NCBI GenBank assembly: GCA_964416155.1
Contig: CAYQCW010000007.1
Location: forward strand, 1-64,000
Direction: 5' to 3'
From: an uncultured Nitrososphaerota archaeon
GTDB taxonomy: Archaea; Thermoproteota; EX4484-205; JAAOZP01
Length of the DNA: 64,000 nucleotides
Each line of letters opens with the position of its first letter. Position 1 is the first letter of the stretch. The notes beneath the pieces are model-generated. The model was not told the DNA's origin and searched no databases. It saw nothing but the letters and a program-made list of their open reading frames with translations. Shown here piece after piece: positions 59,578-64,000 of this stretch. Position numbers and translations under genes: made by a program.

Positions 59578-62295
59578 ATGGTGAGGAGAAGAATATTGAT
59601 AATGCTCTTCGTCTTCACACTGATTACACAACCATTTTACCAATTATATGAAACGGCCTCTCAAGCATCTCCGGAAGCTTTTGAAGGCACCGGTCCAGTT
59701 TTACAGTCTAGAATTATTACACAGAGTTCCATAGCTACCTTCATTAAGAAAAAGGTTATACTTCCCAGTTATCAGTATGCTTCAGATAAAATAGAGTATC
59801 CTATTCCTGAGAATTCAGTTACCTTTGGAACATTCGGCCCCGCAACATGGAGCAACCTTTACTGGACGACGAGAGATTATCAAAGCCCTATTAAAGATGG
59901 TTTCACTCTTTTCTCGAACGAGGTCTTCCAGATACGTTACACTCCCTTCGTCGAAGGCGACTACTTCAGGATTAACAGCACCTATCCATGGATTCTCCAG
60001 AACTTCACTGTTCCATCCTCCTATGATAATTTTGAAGTTAAATATGTTTGGCTGGTTGTAAGGGTTTACTCTGGAAGCGTGAGGCTTCACGCAGAAATAT
60101 GGAACTATGGAATGATTAGTTTCGGGACCTCCACGGAGTCGGTGACTGTAACAGGTCCCTACGATTGGTGGATCGCCATGAAGATGATTAACCCAAGAGC
60201 CTTATATGCAGGCAATGTCTACAGGCTTGAAGTAGTTTGGGAAACAGGTTCCGGAGCTGATTTGAAACTACTAAGTAGTCCTAAGGATGTTGACGATAAC
60301 GCGCAGGGCAATGCCAGATTTTTCAACACGACTTCCGGCAATGTGGAGAACATAGTTGGGAAGATGCTTGAAGGAGCCCTTACTCATCCAGTCAGCAGCA
60401 CCTACTCGACCAGTTTCAGCTCATGGGCTAGAGCCCTCTCTCTGCAAAGCTATCGGATCTATCTTCACGGCCGCAACATACCTAGGAGCAGCATAATGAT
60501 GAAGGTCAGATCAGCGGCCTTTGGCACTGGAGAGACCCCTGAGATACGTTTAACATACCCGTTGGATGAGCTGGCGTTTTGGACAGTGGTTCAGGGCTCG
60601 ACAAGCTTCTCAGGAGGAACTGTTGAAGTATCTTCCAACTTAATGTCGGTAGAGCAGAGCAGAACCTCATATGATGGAAATCATCCGCCGCCCTTCTACA
60701 GACCTTTCGCCTCCCTATCAATATTCACGGATAATGCTGGTAAGCCTTGGGGAGAATGGGAGATAAGCGGAGGAACATGGGAAGCATATGTTGGAGACGC
60801 TTATAGTAGCCTCTATGCTCTGCCGACTTACAGAGTTGAACAGAAGGAGTTTGGTTTAAAAGCCACCTACCCGCTCTTCTTCTATTCTCCGGCTTCACCC
60901 TCCTACGGCTTCCTGAACTTTACAGCGAGGTTCAATTATACTATTGAGGTCTCCTCCCCAGGGCCAGAATTCTACTCCAGCTACTCCGTTTCACCCCGAA
61001 GCAACGCGTCCTGGAATATTTCTAATATGCTCCTCTCTTTCTCAGCCTCACCCCACTCTTCCGTAACCATCAAAATAGGGCCGGTTCCGAGAGACTGGGT
61101 TGTTCAAAGAGCATTCGTCACCCCGGGTGCAGGCGGTGGAACACCTTCCGTATCTATTGTGAACGATGACATAACGATAAATGGAATAGTAATGGGGGCA
61201 TCTAACACGTATTTCGGTAGGGCGGAAATCCGTGTGAAAGCAGACAACTATTTGGAGACTCAATCAGCCTACGTAAGGTTCAGGTGGATGAATACCTACT
61301 CCTCAGTCTTCCTGTTGAACGACACCATAAGGATAGAGGCGAGAGCAGCCTCAGCCAACCCGAGTTTCCCCCCGGGAGTGATCTTGATCAAGGCGGTTGG
61401 ACCAGCGGGAGTTTTATTCAACCAGTCTTTAAACCAGCTTGATCAAAACGGAGTGGTCACCGGAAGCCTCCGTCTAAGCCAGGCAGGACAATACTTGGTT
61501 AGCGTGACATATGTTTCGTCAGACGGTCTTAGAGTAGGAGCAGCAGAAGCCTCTTTCAATACTTTAAGAATCTCCGTGTTCATCGATAAGGATATCGTCC
61601 TATTAAGCTCCCCCACTCTCACTGTTGAACTAAACTCTTCAGACGTTTCGCCGATAAGCTCAGCTAGGTTTGTCTTAACATCTCCCAACGGCTCAACCAG
61701 GATACTTATGTTCGACCAAGCGGGTGGCAGATTCATCAGAGAACTATCTTTCTCGCAGACAGACCCTTCTGCCATAGGCAACTGGAGTATTTTCCCCTTA
61801 GTATCCTTTGAAAACGGGGTTGGTAGAGAATTACTCGCGGTCAGCTTCTTATTAGTGGACGATATCCCGCCAACCATATCTAACATAACACGCCTACCAG
61901 TGGAAGTGACGTTCATAGAGGAGGTTAACATCACGTGCACAGTTGCCGACAAGGGTACAGGAGTCAGGACAGTCCTAGTCTCCTACAGCTTTGGAGGCGT
62001 GACTGGTAACGTGACTGCTAAACAAGTAGGACCCAGCAAGTATTCCGCCGTAATCCCGAGGCATCCTCCCCTCACCATGGTTTCATACAGGGTCTACGCA
62101 ATCGACAACAGTGGGAATATAAGCATCTCTGAGAACCTTGCCTACAGCGTTGGGATACCCCTATGGCTTCTAATTCTAGTGGTGCTGGCTTTATCCTCAG
62201 CCGTACTAATAACATGGCTGTACTTGAAAAAACGCACGCCGCCTCCATCACCGCCGCCCCCTCCTCCTACCCCTGAGATAAGTAGCCCCATATAG
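59578..62295 (+). CDS. Large cell-surface protein with C-terminal TM anchor and proline-rich tail
   Basis: Signal peptide; many N-x-S/T sequons; DDIPPTIS Ig-like module; TM followed by KKR and PPPSPPPPPP. Confidence 0.8.
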   Translation: MVRRRILIMLFVFTLITQPFYQLYETASQASPEAFEGTGPVLQSRIITQSSIATFIKKKVILPSYQYASDKIEYPIPENSVTFGTFGPATWSNLYWTTRDYQSPIKDGFTLFSNEVFQIRYTPFVEGDYFRINSTYPWILQNFTVPSSYDNFEVKYVWLVVRVYSGSVRLHAEIWNYGMISFGTSTESVTVTGPYDWWIAMKMINPRALYAGNVYRLEVVWETGSGADLKLLSSPKDVDDNAQGNARFFNTTSGNVENIVGKMLEGALTHPVSSTYSTSFSSWARALSLQSYRIYLHGRNIPRSSIMMKVRSAAFGTGETPEIRLTYPLDELAFWTVVQGSTSFSGGTVEVSSNLMSVEQSRTSYDGNHPPPFYRPFASLSIFTDNAGKPWGEWEISGGTWEAYVGDAYSSLYALPTYRVEQKEFGLKATYPLFFYSPASPSYGFLNFTARFNYTIEVSSPGPEFYSSYSVSPRSNASWNISNMLLSFSASPHSSVTIKIGPVPRDWVVQRAFVTPGAGGGTPSVSIVNDDITINGIVMGASNTYFGRAEIRVKADNYLETQSAYVRFRWMNTYSSVFLLNDTIRIEARAASANPSFPPGVILIKAVGPAGVLFNQSLNQLDQNGVVTGSLRLSQAGQYLVSVTYVSSDGLRVGAAEASFNTLRISVFIDKDIVLLSSPTLTVELNSSDVSPISSARFVLTSPNGSTRILMFDQAGGRFIRELSFSQTDPSAIGNWSIFPLVSFENGVGRELLAVSFLLVDDIPPTISNITRLPVEVTFIEEVNITCTVADKGTGVRTVLVSYSFGGVTGNVTAKQVGPSKYSAVIPRHPPLTMVSYRVYAIDNSGNISISENLAYSVGIPLWLLILVVLALSSAVLITWLYLKKRTPPPSPPPPPPTPEISSPI

Positions 62296-62422
62296 AAAAT
62301 AATAAGCTTCTCAGATAAGATGTATTCTTTCTTATTTCGACTCTTGGTAAAATGGATACTTATTCATTCGACTTAAAGATCGAGAAGAGTAACTGCCACG
62401 CATGTCAGAATTTGAACATAAG

Positions 62423-62525
62423 CGCCGGCGGGAAGACTCGAACTTCCGACCAACGGGTTAACAGCCTCAGCCTCTTTCCGAGCCCGCTGCTGTGGGCCTT
62501 AAACTACCTGCTGAGCTACGCCGGC
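62423..62525 (-). tRNA. tRNA-Asn(GTT) with two non-canonical introns: 62492-62503 (22/23) and 62466-62483 (30/31)
   Basis: Spliced: GCCGGCG TA GCTC AGCAGGTA GAGC A GCGGG CTGTTAA CCCGT TGGTC GGAAG TTCGAGT CTTCC CGCCGGC G; second intron CAGC-GG^G-CTC / GAG-GCTG-AG^G. Confidence 0.9.
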
Positions 62526-62563
62526 GCAGCTTAACGTTAAACGTCTGGGCTTAAAATATTTTT

Positions 62564-62821
62564 CTATTCTCTAACTCTAAGCCTGAAAATAAGTCCGATT
62601 ACGCCTAGAAGCGTTACCACTATGCTGGCGAACAGGAAAAACGGGTATGTGATTCCTAATGCTTCCCCCGTGTTCACAGTGTAGAATAGCAGTACGGCTC
62701 CGCAGCAGGTTAAGAGGGCTGCGAACAGTTTCGCCGCAACGATGCTTGGTTTCAAATCGCCTTTACGCTTTAAATCCTTAAGATAAATCTTTCCCCGAAG
62801 CCTCCCCCCACATTTGAACAT
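62564..62821 (-). CDS. Small two-TM membrane protein
   Basis: Two hydrophobic helices; start uncertain. Confidence 0.55.
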   Translation of the reverse strand: MFKCGGRLRGKIYLKDLKRKGDLKPSIVAAKLFAALLTCCGAVLLFYTVNTGEALGITYPFFLFASIVVTLLGVIGLIFRLRVRE

Positions 62822-62833
62822 TAGTCCACTATT

Positions 62834-63886
62834 TTACGCCAGTCTTTTCTTAAGGTATACGTCGACCATGAACGATAAGCCGTACTTGCTGAAAGCCTCC
62901 TGTTCAGCCTTCCTCTTTATCTGGAAGAACATGTCTATCTCCCTCTTCCATGGGTCCTTAGCATACCTCTTATCCTTCTTAAGCTCGTTCAGCCTTTTGA
63001 TATCCACGTCTAGAAGCTTAGTGCTTGGAAGCTTATAATCCTCTATGTCTGAAGCGTAGACGCCCATCCACCTAGCCTTCGGCGTAGCCAGCTCAGGCAC
63101 GTGCGCAGCGTTGGCTGAGCCTGAGATTATGACTTGCGCGATATGCAGCCCCCATGGATCCGCGTCGGTGAAAATATACACAGGCAGGTCTAGCTCCACG
63201 TTAAGCCTCCTTATCAGGCGTCGCGTGGCGCGCGGCGCCTGCCCAGCAGTATGGATCAGAATAGCGTTGTACTTTTTCCAGGCCTTCTCCTCAACGAACC
63301 TTGTGAACATGGCACCTTTCTCGATGCAGAGAACCTTGTCAGTGGAGGTTTTCACGAACCTGGCGGTGGCTAGCGCCGGGCCTATCATCAACCCGTCGGG
63401 GTGTGAAGTCAGATTAATCTTCTTTCCCTCGTAGCCTTTCACAGTGTACTCGATGGTTAGGTCTGCGAATATGGCACTCCTCTCCTCAGGATAAATGTTG
63501 AAATCCTCCCTGGGCGAGCCTGCTACGGATTCAAGCTCGGTTATTATCCTGTCCGACTCGCTCTGATCCTCGAAGCCAAGGTCTACGCCCTCAGCCATGT
63601 AGAAAACATCTCTCAGCGTACTGGTCTTATCCTCGTCGATAAGCTTCCTCGCTAGGCTTGCAACCCATACGAGCTGGGTTAAAGGCTTCAAGTGCTTCAC
63701 GTTGCGCGAGGTGCGAACCGCCTTCTTAGGCCCTAGGACATAATGGCCCTTCTTCTCGTCGAAGATAATGTTGTCAACAGTCCTCAGAGGGAGCTCCAGC
63801 GAAGGAGGCTGCCTATTCTCCACCTGCTTAAGTATTTCAAGAGCTAGACCCACTATGTTCTTCCTAGCCTTAGACTCCTTTTTCAT
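62834..63886 (-). CDS. top6A: DNA topoisomerase VI subunit A
   Basis: STLRDVFY catalytic Tyr, DQSESD, IEK, TDADPWG Toprim, KAEQEA. Confidence 0.95.
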   Translation of the reverse strand: MKKESKARKNIVGLALEILKQVENRQPPSLELPLRTVDNIIFDEKKGHYVLGPKKAVRTSRNVKHLKPLTQLVWVASLARKLIDEDKTSTLRDVFYMAEGVDLGFEDQSESDRIITELESVAGSPREDFNIYPEERSAIFADLTIEYTVKGYEGKKINLTSHPDGLMIGPALATARFVKTSTDKVLCIEKGAMFTRFVEEKAWKKYNAILIHTAGQAPRATRRLIRRLNVELDLPVYIFTDADPWGLHIAQVIISGSANAAHVPELATPKARWMGVYASDIEDYKLPSTKLLDVDIKRLNELKKDKRYAKDPWKREIDMFFQIKRKAEQEAFSKYGLSFMVDVYLKKRLA

Positions 63887-64000
63887 TGTTTCTGAGGCCA
63901 GAGTGAAAAGGGGCTTATTAAAGTATCCATCTAAATCCTGAGCTTCATGAGTCGGGGGCTAGGCCCGATGGAAACGTATTTATGATGCCTCTCACAATCT

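Noticed and set aside
2310-63434. Numerous antisense shadow ORFs (e.g. 2310-2993, 12271-12660, 34356-34871, 58393-58920, 61443-61952)
   Set aside because: They overlap well-supported genes on the opposite strand and show no family motifs
1-64000. CRISPR array, rRNA, intact transposase or integrase
   Set aside because: No regularly spaced repeats, rRNA signatures or recombinase motifs seen by eye

Overview
Archaeal chromosomal window. The marker genes are archaeal (EF-1alpha, two proteasome beta subunits, aCPSF1, Sm, L37e, EgsA, TiaS, RibK/RibL, pelota, Topo VI-A). A non-pyrrolysine MttB and heavily intron-interrupted tRNAs suggest a TACK/Thermoproteota lineage, possibly Brockarchaeota- or Bathyarchaeia-like; this is inference. 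About 1-28 kb is an accessory, partly decaying region. It holds nuclease genes, a shattered ~1000-codon toxin-like gene, a chimeric gene next to an AT-rich DPANN-like fragment, an orphan EF-1alpha followed by an unexplained structured RNA candidate, VapBC, ArsM, rubredoxin, a 2-oxoacid:ferredoxin oxidoreductase, MttB, GH28, ThuA and several pseudogenes. About 28.5-64 kb is mostly intact housekeeping and glycosylation genes, with five tRNA genes and small islands next to tRNAs. All five tRNAs have introns: Lys-CTT 1, Leu-CAA 1, Thr-CGT 1, Gln-TTG 3, Asn-GTT 2. The most notable signals are a BRE/TATA promoter inside the D-loop intron of tRNA-Lys (split-tRNA-like), a tri-intronic tRNA-Gln whose leader duplicates the acceptor strand, and a ~250-300 nt structured RNA after EF-1alpha. 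All calls come from reading motifs by eye; no searches were run.
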